Assembly (NCBI GenBank): GCA_964487775.1
Contig: CAZASH010000004.1
Span: forward strand, 19,631-83,630
DNA: 64,000 nucleotides
Reading direction: 5' to 3'
Source of the DNA: an uncultured Ruminococcus sp.
GTDB taxonomy: Bacteria > Bacillota > Clostridia > Oscillospirales > CAG-382
Shown: positions 43,849-53,028 of the stretch, piece by piece
How the letters are laid out: every line of letters starts with the position of its first letter
How positions within the stretch are numbered: position 1 is the stretch's first letter
Made by a program: the position numbers and the translations under genes
Notes under the pieces: model-generated
The model's database searches: none
What the model saw: only the letters and a program-made list of their open reading frames with translations
What the model was told of the DNA's origin: nothing

Positions 43849-43876
43849 ATTATACTCATATTCTGCGATTTGTCAA
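43849..43876 (-). promoter_or_regulatory. sigma-A promoter of tRNA-Leu
   Basis: The reverse strand reads TTGACA (43876-71), a 16-nt spacer, then TATAAT (43854-49). Confidence 0.65.
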
Positions 43877-43922
43877 GTACTTTTTTGCAAAAAATATAAA
43901 GATGCAAAAGTTTAGCGATTTG

Positions 43923-44120
43923 TCAGATATCCTCAAAAAATACGTCGTCGTATGCGACAGGCGGGGGAGGTACTATCTTGAGCAGATCGGCTTTAAAATC
44001 GCCGCAGCAGCCGCGCGCCTTGACCAGTCCGCGCTTTTTGCAATAGCACGCGTCGGTATTGCCCATAGCGGTCGAATGCTCGCAGTTGGCGCAGATGCGT
44101 TCGATCTTTTCTTTCTTCAT
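43923..44120 (-). CDS. small Cys-rich (zinc-ribbon-like) protein
   Basis: 65 aa from ATG 44120 (SD GAGGTG): MKKEKIERICANCEHS...DACYCKKRG...GCCGDF. It lies 38 nt downstream of the ylbJ-like gene. Confidence 0.5.
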   Translation of the reverse strand: MKKEKIERICANCEHSTAMGNTDACYCKKRGLVKARGCCGDFKADLLKIVPPPPVAYDDVFFEDI

Positions 44121-44167
44121 TGCATTCACCTCGTTCGAAACGATTATATATTGCTTTCATCGTTTTG

Positions 44168-45004
44168 TCAAGCAAAAAACTCACAGAGCGCCATCAAAGC
44201 GCCCATAAGCGCAGCCGACATGAGCCTCACCGCCAAAAACGGCTTTGCCGACAATCTGCTTTCCAATATCGACTTGACCTGCGCCGCCACGCACAGTCCG
44301 CCGAAGCCGCATATTATCGCAGTGGCTTTAAGGTCGCCGTTTGCCGCAGCGACACCCGACGAAAACTCAAATATTCCCTTTAATATCGCCATTATTCCTT
44401 CAGGTAAATATACATTGCGTTGCAGCAGCGCCATCGGCAGGCTAAAGAATATTATCATTCCGCAGACATTAATGCAGTTTATGCACGCATTTTTTATTGC
44501 GGCAACGACACTTTTTTTGCTTTCGTTTGAATATCCGCACTCGAATGGGGCAAAGCAAAACACCGCAAGCGATACCGCTATCTGCGACACAAGCATTGTT
44601 ATCGCCGCTGCGTTGCTTTTCGTCGTTTCTGCAACAAAGCCCATCATAAATGATGCCGAGACCGAGCCCGAGCAGGCGCAAAACATTTCTGCGCCCTTTT
44701 TGTCGAGTGCGCCGGTGTCATAAAGCCTTTTTGCCGTCACAGCGCCGTTTGGAGATCCGCACAGCATACAGATAACAAGCAGAATGACCGTTCGCATTTT
44801 TCCGCTTATAAATTTCGGCAAAGGCATATCTGCCACGAGCGACGATATGACCATGCCCAAGAACACCTGCGGTATTATCGTCCTGCCGCAAAACAGCAGG
44901 CTGTCATAAACAGACACGCTTATTTCGGACGGCACCAAAATGCACAGCAAAAGCATGGCGAGCGCAAACGCCGCATACAGTGCCCTGCCTATCTTTATCC
45001 TCAT
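44168..45004 (-). CDS. YlbJ-like sporulation integral membrane protein (nucleoside-recognition/Gate domain)
   Basis: 278 aa. The patterns ...SLLFCGRTIIPQVFLGMVISS... and GSPNGAVTAKRLYDTGAL resemble B. subtilis YlbJ, but the protein is shorter than canonical YlbJ. Confidence 0.55.
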   Translation of the reverse strand: MRIKIGRALYAAFALAMLLLCILVPSEISVSVYDSLLFCGRTIIPQVFLGMVISSLVADMPLPKFISGKMRTVILLVICMLCGSPNGAVTAKRLYDTGALDKKGAEMFCACSGSVSASFMMGFVAETTKSNAAAITMLVSQIAVSLAVFCFAPFECGYSNESKKSVVAAIKNACINCINVCGMIIFFSLPMALLQRNVYLPEGIMAILKGIFEFSSGVAAANGDLKATAIICGFGGLCVAAQVKSILESRLSAKPFLAVRLMSAALMGALMALCEFFA

Positions 45005-45048
45005 AAAATCACCGCTCTAAGTATATTATTATCCGAGGTGATTTATTA

Positions 45049-45258
45049 ATGACAGGCAAGACCTATATCGAAATGCGAGGCAGGAACGAGCTTTTTTGTC
45101 AGGGCGCCGCCGAGCTCGTGACCTACACCGAAACGCTCGTCGTGATGTCGACAGTTTCGGGCAGGATAGCCATCAGCGGCACAGGGCTCAGGCTCTGCTA
45201 TATGTCGGATGACAGAATAGTCATTTCGGGCGAGATAGAGGGATTTAAATATGAATAG
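45049..45258 (+). CDS. yqfC: sporulation protein YqfC (YabP family)
   Basis: 69 aa with the pattern ...ELFCQGAAELVTYTETLVVMSTVSGRIAISGTGLRL..M.DDRIVISGEI. It is directly upstream of yqfD with an 8-nt overlap. Confidence 0.75.
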   Translation: MTGKTYIEMRGRNELFCQGAAELVTYTETLVVMSTVSGRIAISGTGLRLCYMSDDRIVISGEIEGFKYE

Positions 45259-46468
45259 CTTAAACGACATATGTCAGAGGATCCTGGGCTATTATGAGGT
45301 GCTTATTCCCGATGAATATAAGGCAATGCCGCTCACGAGGCTTTCGGCGATAGGCGTGTATTATTTTGATGCAGTGCCCACAGACAGCGGAATAAAGCTC
45401 AAGATCTCTATATTCAGCATGGCACGAGCCCTGGCGGCATCACGTGAGCATGGCTTTGAAGTGACAGTGACGGCAGGTGTCGGATTGCCGTTTCTGGCAC
45501 ACAGATACAGGCATCGCTTCGGCGTATATGTCGGCGCGGCGATCTTTTGCCTTATGCTGCTTGCATCGCAGCTTTTTGTCTGGCAGATCGAGGTCGAGGG
45601 CAACAAAAGGCTTTCGGACAGCGAGATAATGCATATCGCCGAGCATGCAGGAGTGTATGTCGGCGCATTCATACCCGACATCAGAGTTTTTACGAGCGAA
45701 GCGAAAATGCTTTTATCAGAGCAGGAGCTGTCGTCGGTATCGATAAACATCGACGGCACGCATATTACCATTGACCTGATAGAGCGTGTACATGCACCCG
45801 AAATATACGATTTCGATCAGATATGCGACATCGTCGCCTCCGAGGACGGCGTCATCACGAGAGTTGAGGCGGCAAGGGGTGCGCCGATTGTCAATGTCGG
45901 CGACAGGGTCACCAGGGGACAGACACTGATAAGCGGCGACGTCGTGACAAACGAGGGCTATCAATATTATTGCCGCGCCTTCGGCAATGTCTATGCCGAG
46001 ACCGAGCATGATTTTGTCGGCAGGGTATACACAGAGCTCACCTGCAAGCGCTATACGGGCAGGACGCAGCACAAAAGCTCGCTGTCGTTTATTGGGCACG
46101 AAATATTTGGGCAAAACGGAGAATGCGATTTTGAATACGCCGACTGTCGCAGTGTCAGCAGAGAAATAAAGCTTTTTGGTATGTCGACGGCCGTCATGGT
46201 CACAGACCTTTATTACAGCGAATTTGAATACTCAAGCTTTGCCATCGACAGCCAATCGGCAAAAAACAGGTGTCTTTTGCTTTTAAAGCAGCATATCGAC
46301 GAGCTCGACGGCGAAGTCAAGAGCAGATATTATGAGATAAATAAAACAGGTGATGCGTACACGATCAATGCACACATCACCGTTATTAAAAATATTGCGC
46401 TTACAAAACGTCAGTCTATTATTCCGCCCTCGAGCCCGTCTGCGAGAGAAAGCAACGAAAGCACATAG
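45251..46468 (+). CDS. yqfD: sporulation protein YqfD
   Basis: 405 aa with a single central TM (VYVGAAIFCLMLLASQLFVW) followed by IEVEGN. Its size and pairing with yqfC are typical. Confidence 0.75.
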   Translation: MNSLNDICQRILGYYEVLIPDEYKAMPLTRLSAIGVYYFDAVPTDSGIKLKISIFSMARALAASREHGFEVTVTAGVGLPFLAHRYRHRFGVYVGAAIFCLMLLASQLFVWQIEVEGNKRLSDSEIMHIAEHAGVYVGAFIPDIRVFTSEAKMLLSEQELSSVSINIDGTHITIDLIERVHAPEIYDFDQICDIVASEDGVITRVEAARGAPIVNVGDRVTRGQTLISGDVVTNEGYQYYCRAFGNVYAETEHDFVGRVYTELTCKRYTGRTQHKSSLSFIGHEIFGQNGECDFEYADCRSVSREIKLFGMSTAVMVTDLYYSEFEYSSFAIDSQSAKNRCLLLLKQHIDELDGEVKSRYYEINKTGDAYTINAHITVIKNIALTKRQSIIPPSSPSARESNEST

Positions 46469-47805
46469 ATCTGGAACGCCTTTGCCATGTCACTGCGCTT
46501 CATCCGCTCGTCACGCTGATGAGCACCGCCGACATCAGAATCGCTGTATTGCTCGGGCAATACCGCACCGAAGGCGACGCAGTTTTTGAGCTCACGTGCA
46601 TAAGTTCCGCCGCCCATGGTGTAGGGCTTGCACTCTTTGTCGAGCACGAACGAGCAGGCATCGCAAAGTGAAATGATCTTTTGGTCGTCGGCAGAGAACC
46701 TATAGCCCTTGTTTATGCCGAAGCTGACTATATCGGAACCGTATTGCGCCAGGCTGTGCCTGATGACATCCTGCATACCGTCCTCGTTGACACCGGGGAT
46801 AGCACGGATGTTGAAAACAAGCTTCCCCTCACCGTTTTCGACTCTTATCATGCTGGCAACGCAGGTAAGATAGCCAAAATCGGCATCGGTGTGCGCTATG
46901 CCGAGTATCTCGCCGAGATAGCTGTGGCACGCCTTTGAAACAAGCTCGAGCGACTTGCAGCCGTATCCGTTTGCGATGAGATAATCAGCCAGCACGCCAA
47001 TGGCATTTATGCCTGTTTCGGGCATGGCGGCGTGTGCGCCTCTGCCGAGTGCGGTTATAACAAAGCCGCCGTCTGCTTTTTTGACTGTGATGCCGTCGGC
47101 ATCGTGCAGCTCACGGTCTGTCTTGACGAACGCTTCTGCCGAGTCGGGCACTGCGTTGCTGACTATGCCGCCTGTTATATAGGCTATGTCGCTGTTGATG
47201 CCGCCGAGTGATACCTGCAGTCCGACGATGTTCTTTTCGCCGATGCTGACAGGAAATTCAGAGTCGGGAGTGAACGAGAACCAGGGCGCTTTTGCCACGC
47301 TTGAATAATAAACGAGGTCGCTCGAGCCGACTTCTTCGTCACTGCCTGCGATCATCTTGAGCGCAAAAGGCAATTCGATGCCGCTCTCCTTGAAATAACG
47401 CAGCACATAAAGGCCTATCAAAAACGGCCCTTTGTCGTCCTCTGTGCCTCTGCCTATATATCTGTCGCCGTCTATCGTAAGCTGATAGGGGGGATATGTC
47501 CAGCCGCCGCCGCAGGGAACAACATCAAGGTGTGCGACTATGCCGACGTCACGCTCGGCATCACCGTGGGTGATAGTGCCGCAGTGATATTCATAGTTGT
47601 GTGTGGCAAAGCCATAGCGCTCGCCCAGCTTTAGCGCTGCCTCGAGTGCTTCGGCAGCCTTTTTGCCATACGGATATATACCGTCAGCTTCGCCTGCGAC
47701 GCTGTCGATGGCGATGAGAGAAGCGAGATCGGCTTCGAACTGCTCTCTTATGTCGGGACGATCAAAATATTCAAGTGCGTTTTTGATGATAGAATGCTTA
47801 TCCAT
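46411..47805 (-). CDS. pepV: M20-family dipeptidase (PepV/Sapep-like)
   Basis: 464 aa with the metal ligand contexts HLDVVP, GRGTEDDKGP and GSDEEVGS. Confidence 0.85.
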   Translation of the reverse strand: MDKHSIIKNALEYFDRPDIREQFEADLASLIAIDSVAGEADGIYPYGKKAAEALEAALKLGERYGFATHNYEYHCGTITHGDAERDVGIVAHLDVVPCGGGWTYPPYQLTIDGDRYIGRGTEDDKGPFLIGLYVLRYFKESGIELPFALKMIAGSDEEVGSSDLVYYSSVAKAPWFSFTPDSEFPVSIGEKNIVGLQVSLGGINSDIAYITGGIVSNAVPDSAEAFVKTDRELHDADGITVKKADGGFVITALGRGAHAAMPETGINAIGVLADYLIANGYGCKSLELVSKACHSYLGEILGIAHTDADFGYLTCVASMIRVENGEGKLVFNIRAIPGVNEDGMQDVIRHSLAQYGSDIVSFGINKGYRFSADDQKIISLCDACSFVLDKECKPYTMGGGTYARELKNCVAFGAVLPEQYSDSDVGGAHQRDERMKRSDMAKAFQIYVLSLLSLADGLEGGIID

Positions 47806-48382
47806 TGTTTTCTCCGTCGTTGTTTATAGTGCTTTGTATGTCCGAGAGACCCGCTTCGATGCCTGCGATAGCCCTCTCGAGACCGCCCGAGATCTCTCTC
47901 TGGCGGCGTTCGAACGCTTCTGCCGCACGTTCGATTGCGGCGCAGCGCTCACGTGTATCGGAAATGATGTGCGTTGCTTCTGCCTCGGCATCTGCCTTTG
48001 CCTTTGCTGTGATGCTGTCGGCACGGCTTTCGGCTTCTGAAACAATATCATTTGCCTTTTGCTTTGCGGCGTCGACTATTGCAGCCGCACGCTCGTCGGC
48101 GACGTGCATTTTTTCGCCCAATTGAGCGCAGAGCGACGCATATTTGCCGTCCGCCTCTGCTATGCGCGCTTCAAGCGAGCGCCTTGTATCACAGTGCGCG
48201 GATCTCTCTGATGCGAGCAGATCCTCAAGCTCTTTGATGCGTGAACGCAATTCACGTGCAACATCGCCGCACTCCTTGATCTTCTGCTCGCTGTCTGCGA
48301 CAAGACCGACAATAAACTCGTCGACCTCTTTGGTATCATAGCCCTTAAAGCGTTTGTTGAAATATGCAACTGCCATCAGCAT
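47798..48382 (-). CDS. DivIVA-domain coiled-coil protein
   Basis: 194 aa with the N-terminal FNKRFKGYDTKEVDEFI DivIVA motif, followed by a long Ala/Glu/Arg-rich coiled coil. Confidence 0.75.
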   Translation of the reverse strand: MLMAVAYFNKRFKGYDTKEVDEFIVGLVADSEQKIKECGDVARELRSRIKELEDLLASERSAHCDTRRSLEARIAEADGKYASLCAQLGEKMHVADERAAAIVDAAKQKANDIVSEAESRADSITAKAKADAEAEATHIISDTRERCAAIERAAEAFERRQREISGGLERAIAGIEAGLSDIQSTINNDGENNG

Positions 48383-49155
48383 TTCCCCCAGCTAATAGTT
48401 ATTCTGTGCGGCAAGAGCTTTGCCAGCACGCGGTATAGCTTGAATAAAAATTTGTTTGTATAACTGTGTCTGCCCTTGCGTGCGTATCTGACCGATTTCA
48501 TCGCAACCTCTGTCGCATTGCAGCGAGGCAATGTGTCGAATTGCTTGGATGCGCCCTTGCTTATGCCTGCGACGGGCAAAAATTCTGTCTCCATAGGTCC
48601 GGGACATACCGCAAAAACATTGATGCCTCTGCCTTTTAATTCATAGCGCAGACCGTCGGTGAATGACGAAACGAATGCCTTTGTCGACGAATATACAGTC
48701 ATGCGGGGATTGGGCTGGAACGAGGCTATCGAAGAAACATTGATAATCGTCGAGCCCTTTTGCATATATTTAAGCGTCATGGCTGTGACAGCCGTCAGTC
48801 CTCCGCAGTTTAATGCTATCATCTGCTTTTGCTGCAGCATATCAAGCTCTGCGACGTCGCCGAGCCTGCCGAAGCCTGCGTTGTTGATGAGCAGTGCAAC
48901 GTTCGGCTTGCGCTCTGCCATGATCTTTTGCAGAGAAACGAGCGCATCGTCGTCTGTCAGGTCACAGCTTATAGGCACGACCGTCTTGCCGTGCTCCGAC
49001 CTTAAAGACTGCAATCTGTCGAGCCTGCGCGCAATGACCCATATCTCGCTTATATCGTCGCAGGTGCTGTCGACGGCCTTAAAGAATTCAATGCCAAGCC
49101 CGGCAGAAGCGCCGGTGATGATGGCTGTCTTTTTGTTATCGTTCATATCACTCAT
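48376..49155 (-). CDS. SDR-family oxidoreductase
   Basis: 259 aa with TGASAGLG, NNAG and the YSSTK catalytic motif. Confidence 0.9.
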   Translation of the reverse strand: MSDMNDNKKTAIITGASAGLGIEFFKAVDSTCDDISEIWVIARRLDRLQSLRSEHGKTVVPISCDLTDDDALVSLQKIMAERKPNVALLINNAGFGRLGDVAELDMLQQKQMIALNCGGLTAVTAMTLKYMQKGSTIINVSSIASFQPNPRMTVYSSTKAFVSSFTDGLRYELKGRGINVFAVCPGPMETEFLPVAGISKGASKQFDTLPRCNATEVAMKSVRYARKGRHSYTNKFLFKLYRVLAKLLPHRITISWGKC

Positions 49156-49284
49156 ATATGTATGACCTCGAATTTTTCCGATTTATTTCTTCGACCTTAT
49201 TCGTTGCTATTTATATTATTTTACCACAAAAGCCCAAATAATCAAGAGCAAATAGCATAAAAATACAGAGAGGAGGGCACAAAA

Positions 49285-50547
49285 ATGCTTTTGGAAGTGC
49301 GAGATATGCTCTGGGGAACGCTCGGAACAGTCCTTTTGATAGCGGCAGGACTTTATTTTACCGTCAAAACCCGCTTTGTTCAGCTTGACCTTTTCGGCAA
49401 TCTAAAGGGCATAGCATCAGTGATGCGCAAAAAGAGCGGCTTTGCCTCTGCCGCCACAGCCCTTGGCGGCACTATCGGCGCAGGAAGCGTCATGGGAATA
49501 TCGATAGGGCTCGCCGCAGGCGGAGCAGGCAGTGTATTCTGGATGTGGGTGAGCGGATTTTTTGGCATGGCGCTAAGGTATGCAGAAACAAAATATGCTT
49601 TTTCAGACCGAGTCAGGACAAAAAACGGATATATCGGCGGTGCTATGGTCAGCCTCAAAAGGCTGGGCAGCAAGTCAAGTGCAACGGTTTTTTGTGTTGC
49701 TGCAATATTTGTTTCTCTCGGAACAGGCAATATGACGCAGGTCGGCTCTGTGGCTTCGTCGCTCGAATCACTCGGCGTCGACAGATACATATGCGGCTTG
49801 GCTGCGGCGCTGATATTCGGCATAGTCGTGCTTGCGGGCAAAAGAGCGATACTTGCGGCAAATTCGGTGCTCGTGCCGTTGTGCTGTGCCGCTTATCTTT
49901 TGAGCCTTTTGCCTGTGCTGACAGGAAATATAAGCCGCTTGGGCGATGTGCTTGGTGAGATATTCAGATCTGCGTTCGGAATAGATGCGATGACAGGCGG
50001 ATTTACCGCATATGCGTTTTCACGTGCTTTGCGTGAGGGAATATCACGCGGAGTTTTTTCAAACGAAAGCGGAATGGGCTCTGCTCCGCTTGCCTACTGC
50101 GCATCCGATGCGGCAGATGCCGAGGCGCAGTCGAGGCTCGGCATAGCCGAAATATTCACCGATACCTTTATTATTTCGACTTTCACTGCCCTGTGCCTGC
50201 TGTGCGGAGGGTTTGAGAGCACCTGTGAAATGATGCTCTGCTGCTATGGCAGGGCAGGCGAAACGGCATTTGCCGTGATGCTTTGCGTGTTTGCGCTTGC
50301 CTCGATGCTCTGCTGGCATTATTACGCCTATGTCTGCATAGATTTTATACCGCACGGCGACTGGTTTATCAGAATATATCCGTGGCTGTCGGTGATTGCG
50401 GCGTTTTTGGGAGCGGTCATTCCGCAGTCGACCGTCTGGGCGATCGCCGACATATTTAACCTTTTGATGGTATTGCCCAACCTTTATATGCTGTTTTTGA
50501 AAGTGAGGAAAGTCAATGGCGATAGATCGGATATCAGAAGTCTTTAA
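49285..50547 (+). CDS. alanine/glycine:cation symporter (AGCS family)
   Basis: 420 aa with about 10-11 TMs. The N-terminus ...LLIAAGLYFTVKTRFVQ and the segment SNESGMGSAP are typical of sodium:alanine symporters. Confidence 0.8.
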   Translation: MLLEVRDMLWGTLGTVLLIAAGLYFTVKTRFVQLDLFGNLKGIASVMRKKSGFASAATALGGTIGAGSVMGISIGLAAGGAGSVFWMWVSGFFGMALRYAETKYAFSDRVRTKNGYIGGAMVSLKRLGSKSSATVFCVAAIFVSLGTGNMTQVGSVASSLESLGVDRYICGLAAALIFGIVVLAGKRAILAANSVLVPLCCAAYLLSLLPVLTGNISRLGDVLGEIFRSAFGIDAMTGGFTAYAFSRALREGISRGVFSNESGMGSAPLAYCASDAADAEAQSRLGIAEIFTDTFIISTFTALCLLCGGFESTCEMMLCCYGRAGETAFAVMLCVFALASMLCWHYYAYVCIDFIPHGDWFIRIYPWLSVIAAFLGAVIPQSTVWAIADIFNLLMVLPNLYMLFLKVRKVNGDRSDIRSL

Positions 50548-52978
50548 TACTCTTGGGGCCTCGCCCTCGGGCCTTACATCGGCAGAGGCAAGGTCAAGGC
50601 TTGTGACAAACGGCAAAAACTGCCTCAAAAAGCAAAAGAGGCAGAGCTTTTTAAAGCGCTTTTTTGCCGCCATGAATGACAAGCTGATAATAATATTGCT
50701 GCTTGCCGCGCTGATAAGCTTTGTCTGCGATCTCGTTTCGGGCGGCCTGTCTGCCGATGCGCCTATTATTTTGGCGATAGTATTGCTCAATACGTTTATT
50801 GCCGTCATTCAGGAGAGTCGTGCCGAAAAGGCGATAGATGCATTAAGGTCGCTTTCCGCCGAGCGATGCACGGTTATAAGGGACGGCAGAGAGCAGTCTG
50901 TCGACAGCACAGATATAGTCGTCGGCGATATAGTCGTGATACATAAGGGCGAGCGAGTGCCTGCGGATATGCGCATATTCGAGCAGTCTGGCCTGATGGC
51001 GGACGAATCTATGCTCACGGGCGAGTCTGTGCCGGTTTCAAAGACGGCTGACGACCTGCCTGCAACAGAGCACCCTGCCGAAATGCACAATATGCTGTTT
51101 TCGTCAACGCTCGTCACGGCGGGTCACGGCAGGGCGGTGGTCACCAATGTCGGAATGAATACGTTAGTCGGCTCTGTCGCCGAGATGCTTTCTTCAAAGC
51201 CACCCGAGCAAACACCGTTGCAGAGGCGACTTGCGGGGATCGGCAATATGCTGGGCAATTTTGCGCTTGCGATATGCGCGATTATTTTCATTATATCTAT
51301 TATAAGAGGTCTGCCGCCTGCCGAAATGTTTGTCACGGGCGTCGGACTCGCTGTTGCGGCGATACCCGAGGGACTGCCTGCGATAGTTACGGTGGTGCTT
51401 TCGACAGGTGTCAAGACCATGGCGGCACAAAAAGCGGTCGTCAGGCGGCTCACCGCAGTCGAAACACTCGGCTCTGCCACAGTTATTTGTTCAGACAAGA
51501 CAGGCACGCTTACGATGAACAAAATGACAGTCACAAGCACCTATGGCGACGAGGGTATGATAAAGAAGATCATCGCCGCCTGCCCCGGTGCGACAGGCGG
51601 AACAGAGGAAGCACTGCTCGCATACTGCGGCTTTCGTGACACGAGTGCTCCTTTATGCGAACTGCCGTTTGATTCAGAAGCGAAATTTACTGCGGCGGTG
51701 CGCAGGACACACGGAAAATACGTGCTGTATGTCAGAGGTGCGCCCGAAAAAATCCTGCAAAGGTGCAGTGACGGCGAAGAATATATGCTTTTGGCATCAA
51801 AAATGGCTTCCGAGGGCTCGAGAGTCGTCGCCTTTGGATATTGCGAAAGCGAAAAAATGCCCAATATGCTTTCGTCACCGCTTGTCGCTGCAGGCGTTGT
51901 GGGTATGAGCGACCCTCCCAGAGAGGGCGTAAGCGATGCGGTCGAGCTTTGTCGCAGAGCAGGCGTGCGGACTGTCATGATCACAGGCGACCACAAGGAC
52001 ACCGCACTTTCCGTCGCAAAGCAGATAGGCATATATATGCAGGGCGACAGCGTACATACGGAAAACGAATTGTCGCCTCTGTCCGGCGAGGCGTTTGCTG
52101 CCGAGGTGGCACGCACGACCGTCTTTGCACGCACCACGCCCGCCTTTAAATTGCGCATAGTCGAGGCTCTGCAATCGAGAGGCGAAACTGTCGCCATGAC
52201 AGGTGACGGCGTCAACGATGCTCCTGCGCTCAGAAAAGCCGATATAGGCTGTGCCATGGGGCTTTCGGGCACAGACGTGGCAAAGGAGGCAGCCGACCTC
52301 GTTCTGACCGACGACGATTTTGGCACTATCGCCGCCGCAGTAAGAGAGGGCAGGGGACTGCTGGCGAACATAAAGCGCTCGGTGCATTTTCTGCTTTCGT
52401 GCAACATCGGCGAATTGCTGTGCGTTTTTGCTTCGCTCGTGATAGGTATGCCGCCGCCGCTTGGCGCTGTTCAATTGCTGTGGATAAACCTCGTGACAGA
52501 TTCTCTGCCTGCGATAGCGCTCGGACTTGAGAGCACAGATCCCGACGTGATGAAGCAGAAGCCGATAAGGCGTGACGCGCCTCTTTTCGGCGGCAGATGC
52601 ATTTTTGAGATGTGCGCCGAGGGCTCGCTCATCGGGTTTGTGTCACTGCTTGCGATGCTTTTCGGCTCTCGCACCTCGCCCGAGGTAGGCAAGACGATGT
52701 GCTTTGCCGTCATGTCGATATCAGAGCTGCTGCATTGCTTTGATATGCGCACACGGAAGGCGGCGATAAAAGCGCATCTGCCAAAAAATCCTTTTATATT
52801 CCCTGCGTTTTTGATATGCCTTTGTATGCAGCTGTCTGTAATGCTTATCCCGAGCCTGCGAGTGCTGTTTGGCTGCGCCGAGCTCGACCTTATGCAATGG
52901 CTGGCGGTGCTTGCACTGTCGGCGGTCATATTGCCTGTGTGCGAAATTTACAAATTGTTAACCAAAAACAAGGACTGA
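50516..52978 (+). CDS. cation-transporting P-type ATPase (P2-type, Ca2+/Mn2+-like)
   Basis: 820 aa with TGES, DKTGTLT, MITGD, MTGDGVNDAPAL and AAIPEGLPA. The start overlaps the AGCS gene by 32 nt, with SD GAGGAAAG. Confidence 0.9.
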   Translation: MAIDRISEVFNTLGASPSGLTSAEARSRLVTNGKNCLKKQKRQSFLKRFFAAMNDKLIIILLLAALISFVCDLVSGGLSADAPIILAIVLLNTFIAVIQESRAEKAIDALRSLSAERCTVIRDGREQSVDSTDIVVGDIVVIHKGERVPADMRIFEQSGLMADESMLTGESVPVSKTADDLPATEHPAEMHNMLFSSTLVTAGHGRAVVTNVGMNTLVGSVAEMLSSKPPEQTPLQRRLAGIGNMLGNFALAICAIIFIISIIRGLPPAEMFVTGVGLAVAAIPEGLPAIVTVVLSTGVKTMAAQKAVVRRLTAVETLGSATVICSDKTGTLTMNKMTVTSTYGDEGMIKKIIAACPGATGGTEEALLAYCGFRDTSAPLCELPFDSEAKFTAAVRRTHGKYVLYVRGAPEKILQRCSDGEEYMLLASKMASEGSRVVAFGYCESEKMPNMLSSPLVAAGVVGMSDPPREGVSDAVELCRRAGVRTVMITGDHKDTALSVAKQIGIYMQGDSVHTENELSPLSGEAFAAEVARTTVFARTTPAFKLRIVEALQSRGETVAMTGDGVNDAPALRKADIGCAMGLSGTDVAKEAADLVLTDDDFGTIAAAVREGRGLLANIKRSVHFLLSCNIGELLCVFASLVIGMPPPLGAVQLLWINLVTDSLPAIALGLESTDPDVMKQKPIRRDAPLFGGRCIFEMCAEGSLIGFVSLLAMLFGSRTSPEVGKTMCFAVMSISELLHCFDMRTRKAAIKAHLPKNPFIFPAFLICLCMQLSVMLIPSLRVLFGCAELDLMQWLAVLALSAVILPVCEIYKLLTKNKD

Positions 52979-53028
52979 TGCGTTATAATGAGTGACGAAG
53001 AACAATCAAAACAGGAGCATTTATAACC

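Noticed and set aside
43437-44723. 428-aa plus-strand ORF (and the 150-aa ORF at 43084-43536) spanning the polA-tRNA-Leu gap
   Set aside because: It runs through two terminator hairpins, the MITE-like element, tRNA-Leu and its promoter, and is antisense to the ylbJ-like gene. The translation has no recognisable features. The region is better explained as non-coding repeats plus a tRNA.
49156-49284. Possible glycine riboswitch upstream of the alanine/glycine symporter, and a possible T-box upstream of serS (30615-30649)
   Set aside because: The symporter leader is only ~125 nt, AT-rich, and lacks the GGAGAG...CACCG aptamer blocks. The serS upstream gap is only 35 nt, too short for any T-box.
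50015-50040. TTTTCACGTG as a possible parS half-site (consensus TGTTTCACGTGAAACA)
   Set aside because: Only the left half matches and the right half is unrelated. It lies inside the AGCS transporter gene, far from parAB. No full parS was spotted by eye in the window.
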